NCBI GenBank assembly: GCA_040878325.1
Contig: JBBDMM010000006.1
Coordinates: 254,418-316,649, forward strand
Source of the DNA: Acidimicrobiia bacterium
GTDB lineage: Bacteria; Actinomycetota; Acidimicrobiia; Spongiisociales; UBA11373
DNA: 62,232 nt
Reading direction: 5' to 3'
In this document: in pieces, positions 48,630 to 57,134 of the stretch
Layout of the letters: each line of letters begins with the position of its first letter
Position numbering within the stretch: the stretch's first letter is position 1
Position numbers and translations under genes: made by a program
Notes under the pieces: model-generated
Seen by the model: the letters and a program-made list of their open reading frames with translations, nothing else
Databases searched by the model: none
Told to the model about the DNA's origin: nothing

Positions 48630-49768
48630 AGTTCGAAACCAAGGCGATCCATGCCGGCCAGGAGCCGGAACCGACCACCGGGTCGGTCGTAGTGCCGATC
48701 TACGCCACCAGCACCTATGCCCAGGATGCGCCTGGCAAGCATTCGGGGTACGAGTACTCCCGAACCGACAACCCCACCCGCTCGGCGCTACAGACCGCCC
48801 TCGCTGCGCTCGAGGGCGTCGACGAAGCCGGCGGAGGGGGATCGGTCGCGACCTCCTCCGGGATGGCCGCTGCCGCGCTCTGCGGCTACCTGATGAAGTC
48901 CACCGACCACGTGCTGCTGCCGGACGACGCGTACGGCGGCACCTTCCGCTTCTTCGCCCGGGTGCTCGGTGACCAGGGCTTCGGGTGGAGCGTGGCTCGC
49001 CCTACCGATCCCGAAGCGGTTGCCGCCGCCATCCGGCCGGACACGCGGATCGTGTGGTTGGAGACCCCGACCAACCCGCTGCTACGGGTCGCCGACATCG
49101 CGGTGATTGCCGAGATCGCTCACGAGGCCGGGGCTCTGCTGGTGGTCGACAACACCTTTGCGACGCCGTACCTCCAGCGGCCGCTGGAGATGGGGGCAGA
49201 CATCGTGCTCCACTCGACCACCAAGTATCTCGGAGGCCACAGCGACGTGGTGGGCGGTGCGCTGGTGACAGCCGACCCCGAGCTGCACGAGCGGCTGCGC
49301 TACCTCCAGAACGCTGCCGGACCGGTGCCGGGTCCGTTCGATGCATGGCTGGTGCTGCGCGGCCTGAAGACCCTGGCGGTGCGGATGGACCGGCACTGCG
49401 AGAACGCGATGGCCATTGCCCGATTCCTCGCCGCCGACGAGCGGGTGGCCGAGGTGATGTACCCCGGACTCGAGGAGCATCCCGACCACGCCCTCGCCCA
49501 TCGGCAGATGGACGCTTTCGGAGGGATGATCTCGTTCCGCCCCGCTGGCGGGGTCGAGACCGCCCACCGCTTGGTCGAGGCGACCGAACTGTTCTTCCTC
49601 GCCGAGAGCCTCGGCGGGGTGGAATCACTTATCGAAGTGCCGGCGGCGATGACCCACCTGTCCGTCGTGGGGACCGAGCTCGAAGTTCCTCCTGACCTGG
49701 TGCGGCTCTCGGTGGGAATCGAGCACGTCGACGACCTCATCGAGGACCTCGACAGAGCATTGGGATAG
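48626..49768 (+). CDS. metB: Cystathionine gamma-synthase/lyase
   Basis: [42 protein letters not shown]. Confidence 0.9.
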   Translation: MKFETKAIHAGQEPEPTTGSVVVPIYATSTYAQDAPGKHSGYEYSRTDNPTRSALQTALAALEGVDEAGGGGSVATSSGMAAAALCGYLMKSTDHVLLPDDAYGGTFRFFARVLGDQGFGWSVARPTDPEAVAAAIRPDTRIVWLETPTNPLLRVADIAVIAEIAHEAGALLVVDNTFATPYLQRPLEMGADIVLHSTTKYLGGHSDVVGGALVTADPELHERLRYLQNAAGPVPGPFDAWLVLRGLKTLAVRMDRHCENAMAIARFLAADERVAEVMYPGLEEHPDHALAHRQMDAFGGMISFRPAGGVETAHRLVEATELFFLAESLGGVESLIEVPAAMTHLSVVGTELEVPPDLVRLSVGIEHVDDLIEDLDRALG

Positions 49769-49777
49769 GAAGCCGGC

Positions 49778-49857
49778 TTCCGCAAGAGAGTCAAGAATCA
49801 AGAGTCAAGACTGGAGTTCTTGGATTCTTGACTCTTGATTCTTGATTCTTGACTCTC
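49778..49857. repeat. Inverted pair of heptamer arrays (RTCAAGA / TCTTGAY)
   Basis: GAGTCAA GAATCAA GAGTCAA GA ... TTCTTGA CTCTTGA TTCTTGA TTCTTGA CTCTC between convergent genes. Confidence 0.88.
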
Positions 49858-49858
49858 G

Positions 49859-50548
49859 CTAGATCTTCACCCCCAGCGCGTCGCAGAGGAACTGCATGAA
49901 CGGCTTCGCGGTGCGGCCGAGGGTGGCGTAGTCGGCGAGGAAGGTCGGGCCGGTCACCTGCTTCTTGGTGAGGGTGGTGCCGCCGATGAAGTCCTTTCGC
50001 CGGATGTCGTCCGCAAAAGGGTGGTCGGGGTCGAAGCCCTTCGGAACGCGGACCAGGGTGTCGTCGGTGTTGTGGGCGAAGGCGTCAGCGAATCTCTTGC
50101 CATAGGCCGCCCTCTTCCAGCCGGCCGGGTCGGCAGCGATCGCTGCCCGAATCGCGTACGCGTCGGCGGTGGCCGGTCTCCACAGGCCGACACCGGCGTA
50201 CGAGGCCCCCGGCTCGATATGGAGGTACAGGCCGGGGGCATGGACGTCGTCCTTCGACGCGACGTGGCGGAACTGCATCCCGATGTGGGTCTTGTAGGGC
50301 GTCTTGTCTTTGGAGAACCGGGCGTCGCGGTGGATCCGGAAGAGTGATCCACCCACCTTGCGCGGATCGGCGACGAGATGGGGTGAGATCTTCATCAGAG
50401 GCGATGCAAAGTCCTCGATGAAGGCAAGAGCCGGATTCTGCACATGGTCGACGAATCGCTGCTGGTTGGCCTTGAACCAGTCGCGGTCGTTGTTGTCGGC
50501 GAGATCCTCGAGGAACGAGAAGGTGGCGTCGGTGAAGTAGCGGGTCAT
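49859..50548 (-). CDS. DUF2461 family protein
   Basis: NNDRDWF, FRIHRDARFSKDKTPYK, YLHIEPG. Confidence 0.9.
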   Translation of the reverse strand: MTRYFTDATFSFLEDLADNNDRDWFKANQQRFVDHVQNPALAFIEDFASPLMKISPHLVADPRKVGGSLFRIHRDARFSKDKTPYKTHIGMQFRHVASKDDVHAPGLYLHIEPGASYAGVGLWRPATADAYAIRAAIAADPAGWKRAAYGKRFADAFAHNTDDTLVRVPKGFDPDHPFADDIRRKDFIGGTTLTKKQVTGPTFLADYATLGRTAKPFMQFLCDALGVKI

Positions 50549-50600
50549 ACGGTCAACGTACCGTCTAGATGCCTGCGTGGGGAGGGGCTTGTCGGACCGC

Positions 50601-51011
50601 TCAGCCGTTCGACGCGATCCTCGTGGGCTCGACGATGATGGTGACCCGGACGTCGCCCGGCTGGAGCCACTCGTACTTTTCGACCCCGAGATACTTCTGA
50701 GCGAGCGCGTCTATGACGTCCACACCGTCGGAGGTCCTCATCTCGATGACCTGTCCCTGGATCGAGTAGTTCGCATACGGCTCGTCCGGCACACTGATGG
50801 AGATCGCCACCCGCGGATCCACCTGCATGTTCCGCCACTTGCGACGACCCTCGGCCGTGTTGAACACGATGTGGTCGCCGTCGCGCATCACCCACATCGC
50901 GCTCGCCTGGGGCGATCCGTCGGGGTCCAGCGTCACCAGATGGGCGAAGGTCGGCCCATCCAGAATGTCCTTGAGTCGCGTCGGGAGTTCCACCTTTGCC
51001 TTGTTCTTCAT
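50601..51011 (-). CDS. PPOX-class F420-dependent oxidoreductase
   Basis: LVTLDPDGSPQ, KWRNMQVDPRVAI, LAQKYLG. Confidence 0.88.
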   Translation of the reverse strand: MKNKAKVELPTRLKDILDGPTFAHLVTLDPDGSPQASAMWVMRDGDHIVFNTAEGRRKWRNMQVDPRVAISISVPDEPYANYSIQGQVIEMRTSDGVDVIDALAQKYLGVEKYEWLQPGDVRVTIIVEPTRIASNG

Positions 51012-51071
51012 GGCCCGACTGTAAAGGAACGCTGGACCAAGTCTGGATCGGCGGTCGCTAACCTCGGACCC

Positions 51072-51305
51072 ATGGACCTTTCGATCGAGTACTGCGCCGT
51101 TTGAGGCTATCGGGACCGTGCCGTGCGCATGGTTGACCAACTGCTCGAGGAGTTCGAGCATGACATCGAGAACTTCACGCTCATCCCTTCCCGCGGAGGG
51201 GTCTTCGAGGTGACCGTCGACGGTGACCTGATCTACAGCAAGAAGGCGACCGGCGAGCACGCCGACTACGAGGACGTCGCTCCGCAGATTCGGTCGCGTA
51301 AGTGA
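51072..51305 (+). CDS. Rdx family (SelW/SelT/SelH) selenoprotein; Sec at codon 11 (TGA 51102-51104)
   Basis: MDLSIEYCAV-U-GYRDRA...LIPSRGGVFEVTVDGDLIYSKK; in-frame UGA in a CxxU motif; selA/selB in the window. Confidence 0.9.
51114..51134 (+). promoter_or_regulatory. Putative bacterial SECIS hairpin
   Basis: GACCGTGC-CGTGC-GCATGGTT stem-loop starting about 9 nt after the UGA. Confidence 0.6.
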
Positions 51306-51751
51306 CCCTCGCCGAGCGACTGGGCGCCCGCGTCGGAGAAGACCTCGGGGTCGGTGAGTGGATGGAGATCACCCAGGATCGGGTGGACCGGTTCGCCGAC
51401 CTCACCGAGGATCATCAGTGGATCCACCAGGCGGGGGAGCGCGCCGCCGCAGGCCCTTTCGGCGGCCCGATCGCCCACGGGTTTTTGACGCTCTCCCTGC
51501 TCACCCCACTGTCGGGCCCGGTCACCCGGAGCCTCACCGAAGGCTCCCGCATGGTCATCAACTACGGATTCGACCGGGTGCGCTTTGTCTCCCCGGTGCC
51601 GGTGGGTGGCCGGATCCGGGCACGAGGAAGGCTCGCCGAGGTCACCCCGGTCGACGGCGGCGCCCAGGCCAAGACCGATCTCACCATCGAAGTCGAAGGC
51701 ACCGACCGCCCCGCAGTAGTGGCGGAGCATTTGATTCGCGTATACGAGTAG
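51302..51751 (+). CDS. MaoC family dehydratase
   Basis: FADLTEDHQWIH, IAHGFLTLSL, NYGFDRVRFVSPV. Confidence 0.92.
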   Translation: MTLAERLGARVGEDLGVGEWMEITQDRVDRFADLTEDHQWIHQAGERAAAGPFGGPIAHGFLTLSLLTPLSGPVTRSLTEGSRMVINYGFDRVRFVSPVPVGGRIRARGRLAEVTPVDGGAQAKTDLTIEVEGTDRPAVVAEHLIRVYE

Positions 51752-51845
51752 GCGCGGAGCGCAGCGATGGGCTATGGGCGAAAGGCGAAACCTCACCCCC
51801 AATGAGGGTCGGGCGGTTTCGCCCTTCGCCTTTTGCTTTTCGCCG
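51752..51845. repeat. GAGCGCAGCGA motif and inverted heptamer arrays (GGCGAAA / TTTCGCC)
   Basis: GGGCTAT GGGCGAA AGGCGAA ... TTTCGCC CTTCGCC TTTTGCT TTTCGCC. Confidence 0.7.
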
Positions 51846-51866
51846 GTCGGCCGCCTTAGCGGCCGA

Positions 51867-51896
51867 NNNNNNNNNNCCCCCCCCCCCCCCCCCCCA
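51867..51896. other. Assembly gap (10 N) followed by a poly-C run
   Basis: N run at 51867-51876, then about 20 C. Confidence 0.95.
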
Positions 51897-51918
51897 CCTC
51901 ACTACCCTCGCGTGCCTT

Positions 51919-52107
51919 GTGAGCACTGGAACGACCCCCGCCATCCTCCTCCACGAACTGTTCTCCGGTGATGGACCCCACGGGGAGCAGGCCGATCGGT
52001 TCGTTGCGGGCTCATGTATCAGGTGTGGCGAGGCCGTGGTGGCGGACGACTTCCTGACTCGCTCCGGCGAGGCCGCCGCGTGCGGCCCGTGTCGCGCCTC
52101 CGGCTGA
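51919..52107 (+). CDS. Small zinc-ribbon-like protein (62 aa)
   Basis: CIRC...CGPC; TACCCT -10-like box upstream; fills the intergenic space. Confidence 0.5.
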   Translation: MSTGTTPAILLHELFSGDGPHGEQADRFVAGSCIRCGEAVVADDFLTRSGEAAACGPCRASG

Positions 52108-52122
52108 CCTCAGAGCGCGCTC

Positions 52123-53700
52123 TCAACCCCTCCAGGCCACTGTCCCGGCCGGTACCTCGACGATCGATCCGTCGACCCAGGTGGCGACGACCCTCGCTCG
52201 CCGCACCTCGTCAGGGGTTGTCTCCACCGGGTCATTTGTCAACACCGTCAGGTTGGCGGCGGTTCCCGGCTCTAGAGACGAGGAGGTGCCGGTGGCGGCC
52301 GCTGCCCCCGAGGTGAAAAGACTGAACGCGGCCTCCGGGCCCAATCCTTCCTCGGGCACGATGCCGCTGCGGTCACGGGCGGCGGCGACCCCCCACAGCG
52401 GATCCGGGGTCTCCACCGGGGAGTCCGAGCCGCCGGCGAGCGGGGCCCCCGCCTCCGCCAGGGACCGGAACGGGTAGGTGCGGCGCAGGCGATCGGGCCC
52501 GACGCGCTTCTCCAACCAGCCGGTCTCGGACGGCATGAAGGCCGGCTGCACCGAGGCGGTGACCCCGAGCGACCCGAAGCGGCGGATGTCCCGCTCGGTC
52601 AGCACCGAGGCGTGTTCGATCCGTAACCGGGTCGGATCCGCCCCGTGCGCGATCAGATGCTCCATCAGGTTCAGCGCCCGCTCGTTGGCGAGGTCGCCGA
52701 TGGCGTGCAATGCCACCCGGCCCTCGAGGGCGAGGGCGGCGGTGGCCATCTCCCGGGCCCACTCCGGGTCGAGTCGATCGGTGCCCCGCTGCTTAGGATC
52801 GTCGGTGAAGCCCTCATGCATTGCCGCGGTGTGCCCACCCAGGCTTCCATCCGAGAACATCTTGAAGCCGGCGAACCGCACCCGGCCTCGGAGGCCCGCA
52901 AGGCGTCGGGCGGCCGATTCGAGGTCGGCGGGCGTCTGGGCGATCACGAACACTTCCATGGCGATGGGGATTCGTTCCGCCGCCTCGATCAGCAGATCCA
53001 GTTCCGACCCGGCTCCGGCCCAGCATCCCGCCTCGTGATCGACGATGGCGCCGATCCCGGTCAGCCCGAGCGAGGCCAGTGCTACGGCAGCGTCGACCAT
53101 GTCATCCGGAGTGACCTCGGGGGCGATCGAACCGAGGACCATGGCCACCGGCTCGACCGCCGTTTCGCGAAGGACGCCGGTGGGCCGCCCCAGTTCGTCC
53201 CGGTCGATCGAGCCGCGGGGAGGGTTGGGGGTGGAATCGTCGATCCCCGCCAGAGCGAGGGCGGCGGAATTCGCCACCGCGATGTGCCCGCAATAGCGGA
53301 CCACCAGGCTGGGCCGGTCGCCCATGACCCGATCGAGGAAGTGGCGATCCGGCAGGCGACCTTCGGCGAGTGACTCGTCGTCGAGCCGGAGGGCGACCAT
53401 GGCCGACCCCGGCGACTGGCTTCCGGCAGCTGTCCGCAAGATGTCGGCGACGTCGTCGAGGTCGCGGGCATCCTTCAGCACCGGGCGGTTCAGCGATGCG
53501 GCGTACCCGATCGGGTGCAGATGAGCGTCGACCATCCCCGGCACGATCGTCGCCCCGGGATAGGCCACTTCGAGGTGGTCAGGTGAGCGGAGCCGGGCGG
53601 CGTCCCCCACCTCCACGATGCGCCCGTTGTCCACCAACAGCGCGTTCCCCAGCACCCGCGCCGCGTCGCGCACCCTTTCGGCGATCAGCAGGTGGCGCAT
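52123..53700 (-). CDS. Amidohydrolase family 3 (YtcJ-like)
   Basis: PGMVDAHLH, KMFSDGSLGGHTA, HAIGD, RIEHAS, GSDSPV. Confidence 0.9.
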   Translation of the reverse strand: MRHLLIAERVRDAARVLGNALLVDNGRIVEVGDAARLRSPDHLEVAYPGATIVPGMVDAHLHPIGYAASLNRPVLKDARDLDDVADILRTAAGSQSPGSAMVALRLDDESLAEGRLPDRHFLDRVMGDRPSLVVRYCGHIAVANSAALALAGIDDSTPNPPRGSIDRDELGRPTGVLRETAVEPVAMVLGSIAPEVTPDDMVDAAVALASLGLTGIGAIVDHEAGCWAGAGSELDLLIEAAERIPIAMEVFVIAQTPADLESAARRLAGLRGRVRFAGFKMFSDGSLGGHTAAMHEGFTDDPKQRGTDRLDPEWAREMATAALALEGRVALHAIGDLANERALNLMEHLIAHGADPTRLRIEHASVLTERDIRRFGSLGVTASVQPAFMPSETGWLEKRVGPDRLRRTYPFRSLAEAGAPLAGGSDSPVETPDPLWGVAAARDRSGIVPEEGLGPEAAFSLFTSGAAAATGTSSSLEPGTAANLTVLTNDPVETTPDEVRRARVVATWVDGSIVEVPAGTVAWRG

Positions 53701-53715
53701 CGGCGCGAGGGTAAT

Positions 53716-53819
53716 GAGTCCCCAGTCCCCGGTCTCCAGGTTCCGGGCGGCCAGCCGCCTCCCCGCCTGCTACTTGGGGGGCTCTGGCTGGGGACTGGGG
53801 ACTGGAGACTGGAGACTGG
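53716..53819. repeat. Inverted pair of heptamer arrays (AGTCCCC / GGRGACT); the right arm lies inside the suhB 3' end
   Basis: GAGTCCC CAGTCCC CGGTCTC ... GGGGACT GGGGACT GGAGACT GGAGACT. Confidence 0.82.
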
Positions 53820-54570
53820 CTCGCACGGCGCTCCTCAACTCCTCGTGGATCAAACCGTTGGTTGCCACCAGGTCGTGGTGGGTGGCGGGTCCGCCATCCG
53901 AGGAGGTGGTGGTGCCGCCGGCCTCTTGGATCAACAACAAACCGGCGGAGACATCCCAGGGCGCAAGTCGGATCTCCCAGTGGCCGTCGTAACGTCCACA
54001 CGCGACCCAGGCGAGGTCCATCGCCACCGAGCCCATCCGACGGAGACCTTGGGCGACCCGGAGGACGGCGTTGACCATTCGGGTGTAGTCGTCGGCGCGT
54101 TCCTGCCGGTCGTAGGCAAAGCCGGTCGACACGAGAGCGGCGCCGATGGGGGCCGTCGTCGAGACGGCGATGGGTGCCCCGTCAAGGAACGCTCCCGCGC
54201 CGCGCACCGCCCAGAACTCCTCGTCGCGGTACACGTCGCGGATGACGCCCACTGCCGCCTGACCGTCGATCTCGAGGGCGATCGAGACCGCCACCTGAGG
54301 AACCCCGTGGAGAAAGTTGACGGTACCGTCCAACGGGTCGATCACCCAGATGCGCCCCACCTCCGTGGCGGCGGCGGAACCCTCCTCGGCAAGGAACCCA
54401 TCGTCGGGGCGTTCCCGCTGGATGATCGCCGTGATCGCCGCCTCGGCTTCCCGGTCGGCCGCGGTTACGGGGTCGACGGCTCCCTTGAAGTCGGCAACCC
54501 GGGTACCAGCCTCGGAAATGATTCGGGCGGCTGCCACCGCCGCGGCACGGGCCAGTTGGAGGTCGTCCAT
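53770..54570 (-). CDS. suhB: Inositol monophosphatase family protein
   Basis: DPVTAAD, AEEG, IDPLDGTVNF, WDVSAG. Confidence 0.9.
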   Translation of the reverse strand: MDDLQLARAAAVAAARIISEAGTRVADFKGAVDPVTAADREAEAAITAIIQRERPDDGFLAEEGSAAATEVGRIWVIDPLDGTVNFLHGVPQVAVSIALEIDGQAAVGVIRDVYRDEEFWAVRGAGAFLDGAPIAVSTTAPIGAALVSTGFAYDRQERADDYTRMVNAVLRVAQGLRRMGSVAMDLAWVACGRYDGHWEIRLAPWDVSAGLLLIQEAGGTTTSSDGGPATHHDLVATNGLIHEELRSAVRASLQSPVPSPQPEPPK

Positions 54571-54631
54571 CGGAGGTGACGATAGGAACGCGCATGGCGC
54601 ATCGCGCATCCCTCACTACTCTCGCCGCCCG

Positions 54632-56134
54632 ATGATCCAGATCGCCGCGGTACTGCTCTCGGCGCTCCTCATGTGGGCGTCCTTCCCGCCGCTCGACTGG
54701 GGCTTCCTCGTCTTTGTGGCACCGGCGCCCTTTCTATGGGCACTGCGCCGGGTGTCCACCGCCCGACAGGCGGGATGGCTGGGCTTCTTGTTCGGGGTGG
54801 CGTTCTTTGGACCCATGCTGGTGTGGATTTTCGTTCTCGGAGCAGTCGCCTGGATCCCGTTGTCGATTCTGATGGGCCTGTGGGCAGCGGGATTCGGCCT
54901 CGTCATGTATCTCGCCCGCACGTGGTCTCCGTGGCGCTGGTGGTTGATGGCCGTCGGGGGATGGGCCTTGTGGGAGTTTCTCAAGGAGCGCCTCCCGCTC
55001 GGGGGATTCCCGTGGGGCTCAGCGGGCCACCCCATCGGAACTCTGGCCTGGCCGCGCGGCGCCGCCCAGTGGGTGGGGGCGAGCGGGTGGGCCGTGATCG
55101 TCGTGGGGGTGGCCGCGGGGATCGTGCTCATGATCGGCGAGGAACGAGACCGCCGTCCGCTGGAGCTGTCGGCCGCGGTCGTGGTGGTGCTGTCCCTCCT
55201 CGGCGCCGTCTTTGTGCCCGACGCCAACGGCATCCCCGTCGATGTCGCCATCGTCCAAGGGAATTCGCCGTGTCCCCGGGTTCACTGCGAGAACGAGAAG
55301 GTGCGCATCTACACCAGCCACATGTCCCTCTCCAACTTGATCGAGCCGGGGTCGGTGGACCTCGTCGTATGGGGGGAAGACTCCTTCGGCGGCGAGGTCA
55401 ACCCGACATTCAACGAGAACGTGCGACTCGACATGGGAGCTCAGGCCCAGCGGATCGGCGCCTACCTGATCGCCGGCGGCACCCGGCCGGGGGAGCCGGG
55501 AACCTTCGAGAACTACAACGTCGTCTTCGACCCCAACGGCGAGATCGTCGGCGAATATCTCAAGCGACACGGGGTGCCCTTCGGTGAGTACGTGCCGTTT
55601 CGGAAGCTGCTTCAGTTCATACCGCAGCTCGGCGCGGTTCCCAACGACCTCGCCCCGGGCGACGGCCCGGTGGTCTTCCCGATCTCGGTGGACGAAGGCA
55701 CCGGGGTGTTCGGCTCGGTGATCTCGTTCGAAGGGGCCTTTGCTCGAACCATCCGCAGCGAGGTGCGGGCGGGAGCACAGATGGTCGTCGTCGCCACCAA
55801 TGAGGGCTCATACGGGCGAGGGGCGGCCTCGGACCAGTTGATCGGCATGGTGCGGATGTCGGCGGCGTCCCTCGGCATCGACATCGTCCACTCGGCGGTC
55901 ACCGGACGCTCCACTCTGATCCGGGCAGACGGCTCGGTTACCCGGCGCACCGATCTCTTCGAGGAGGACCTGTTGCGGGGCCGGGTGAACCTGCAGACCT
56001 CGCGCCGCACCGTCTATGCCGTCGCCGGTGACTGGCTGCAGATCCTCGCCATCCTCTCCGCCACTGGCATCCTCGCCACGACAATCGGAGGCGGCCGCTC
56101 CCGAGACTTCAAGATCAGGCCGCAGAGGAGATAG
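54632..56134 (+). CDS. lnt: Apolipoprotein N-acyltransferase
   Basis: TM region, GGFPW, VQGN, WGE, KRHGVPFGEY, ISFE (Ser at the usual catalytic Cys position), ATN. Confidence 0.88.
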   Translation: MIQIAAVLLSALLMWASFPPLDWGFLVFVAPAPFLWALRRVSTARQAGWLGFLFGVAFFGPMLVWIFVLGAVAWIPLSILMGLWAAGFGLVMYLARTWSPWRWWLMAVGGWALWEFLKERLPLGGFPWGSAGHPIGTLAWPRGAAQWVGASGWAVIVVGVAAGIVLMIGEERDRRPLELSAAVVVVLSLLGAVFVPDANGIPVDVAIVQGNSPCPRVHCENEKVRIYTSHMSLSNLIEPGSVDLVVWGEDSFGGEVNPTFNENVRLDMGAQAQRIGAYLIAGGTRPGEPGTFENYNVVFDPNGEIVGEYLKRHGVPFGEYVPFRKLLQFIPQLGAVPNDLAPGDGPVVFPISVDEGTGVFGSVISFEGAFARTIRSEVRAGAQMVVVATNEGSYGRGAASDQLIGMVRMSAASLGIDIVHSAVTGRSTLIRADGSVTRRTDLFEEDLLRGRVNLQTSRRTVYAVAGDWLQILAILSATGILATTIGGGRSRDFKIRPQRR

Positions 56135-56176
56135 GCCGGCGACCGCCGGCCCCAATCGCGGCGAGCGGAGCGAGCC

Positions 56177-57130
56177 CTACAGAACCAGCGTTCCGTTACG
56201 GCCTTCCAGTGCGTCTGCCAGCGATTCCACGTTGGTGATGAGGGCGGGGCGGCCGGTGGCACGAGCGTATGCAATGGCTGACTCGACCTTCGGGCCCATC
56301 GACCCAGGCGGGAATTCACCCTCGTCCAACAGCTCCTGGGCTCGATCGATGCTCATCTCGAGTATCGGCGCCTCGTCGCTGGTCCCGAATCCGACGGAGG
56401 CGTGGGGTACTTCGGTGAGGATGATGAAGCTGCGAGCGTCGAGACGAATGGCGACGAGGGCTGCGGTCCGATCCTTGTCGATCACGGCTTCGACTCCGAC
56501 CAACTCTCCGCCGTCCGCCCGAGCCACCGGGATCCCGCCGCCACCGCCGGCGACCACGAGCCGCCCGGCGGCGGCGGCTGCCGAGATCGCATCGATCTCG
56601 ATCACATCGATCGGCAGGGGCGACGGCACCAGCCGGCGGACGCCCTTCCCGGCGACCGTCACCACTTGCCACCCGCGCTCCGCGACCAGGTCGGCACGAT
56701 CGGTCTCCGGGTAGAACGGGCCAACGGGCTTGGTCGGGTTGGCCATTGCCGGGTCCGCCGGGTCAACCACCACCTGGGTCACCACCGTGACGACCTGGAT
56801 CGCCCGGGCACGGAGGGCGTTGTGGAGTGACCGCGAGAGGAGGTACCCGATGCTTCCCTGTGTCTCCGCCACGAGCACGTCAAGCGCGGACGCCGGTACT
56901 TCGTTGCGGCCCGCCTCGTTCTGCAGGAGCAGCGCCCCCACCTGGGGGCCATTGCCATGAACCAGCACCAACCCTGAGTCGTCGGACAGCAGCGTCAGCA
57001 TCGCCTCCGCGAAGGCACCGGCCTGGGCGGCGGCAGCATCCGGGTCGCGGGCGTCTGGTAGCAATGCGTTGCCACCGAAGGCAACGACCGGTGGCCCGCC
57101 CCCGGCCGGTGGGGAAGCACCTGGCTGCAT
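56177..57130 (-). CDS. arcC: Carbamate kinase
   Basis: AFGGNAL, HGNGPQVG, PTKPVGPFY, GGGGIPV, EAVIDKD, GSMGPKV. Confidence 0.93.
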   Translation of the reverse strand: MQPGASPPAGGGPPVVAFGGNALLPDARDPDAAAAQAGAFAEAMLTLLSDDSGLVLVHGNGPQVGALLLQNEAGRNEVPASALDVLVAETQGSIGYLLSRSLHNALRARAIQVVTVVTQVVVDPADPAMANPTKPVGPFYPETDRADLVAERGWQVVTVAGKGVRRLVPSPLPIDVIEIDAISAAAAAGRLVVAGGGGGIPVARADGGELVGVEAVIDKDRTAALVAIRLDARSFIILTEVPHASVGFGTSDEAPILEMSIDRAQELLDEGEFPPGSMGPKVESAIAYARATGRPALITNVESLADALEGRNGTLVL

Positions 57131-57134
57131 TGCG

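Noticed and set aside
51877..51896. Poly-C tract as a phase-variation or G-quadruplex element
   Set aside because: It abuts the N gap and is most likely a sequencing or scaffolding artefact.
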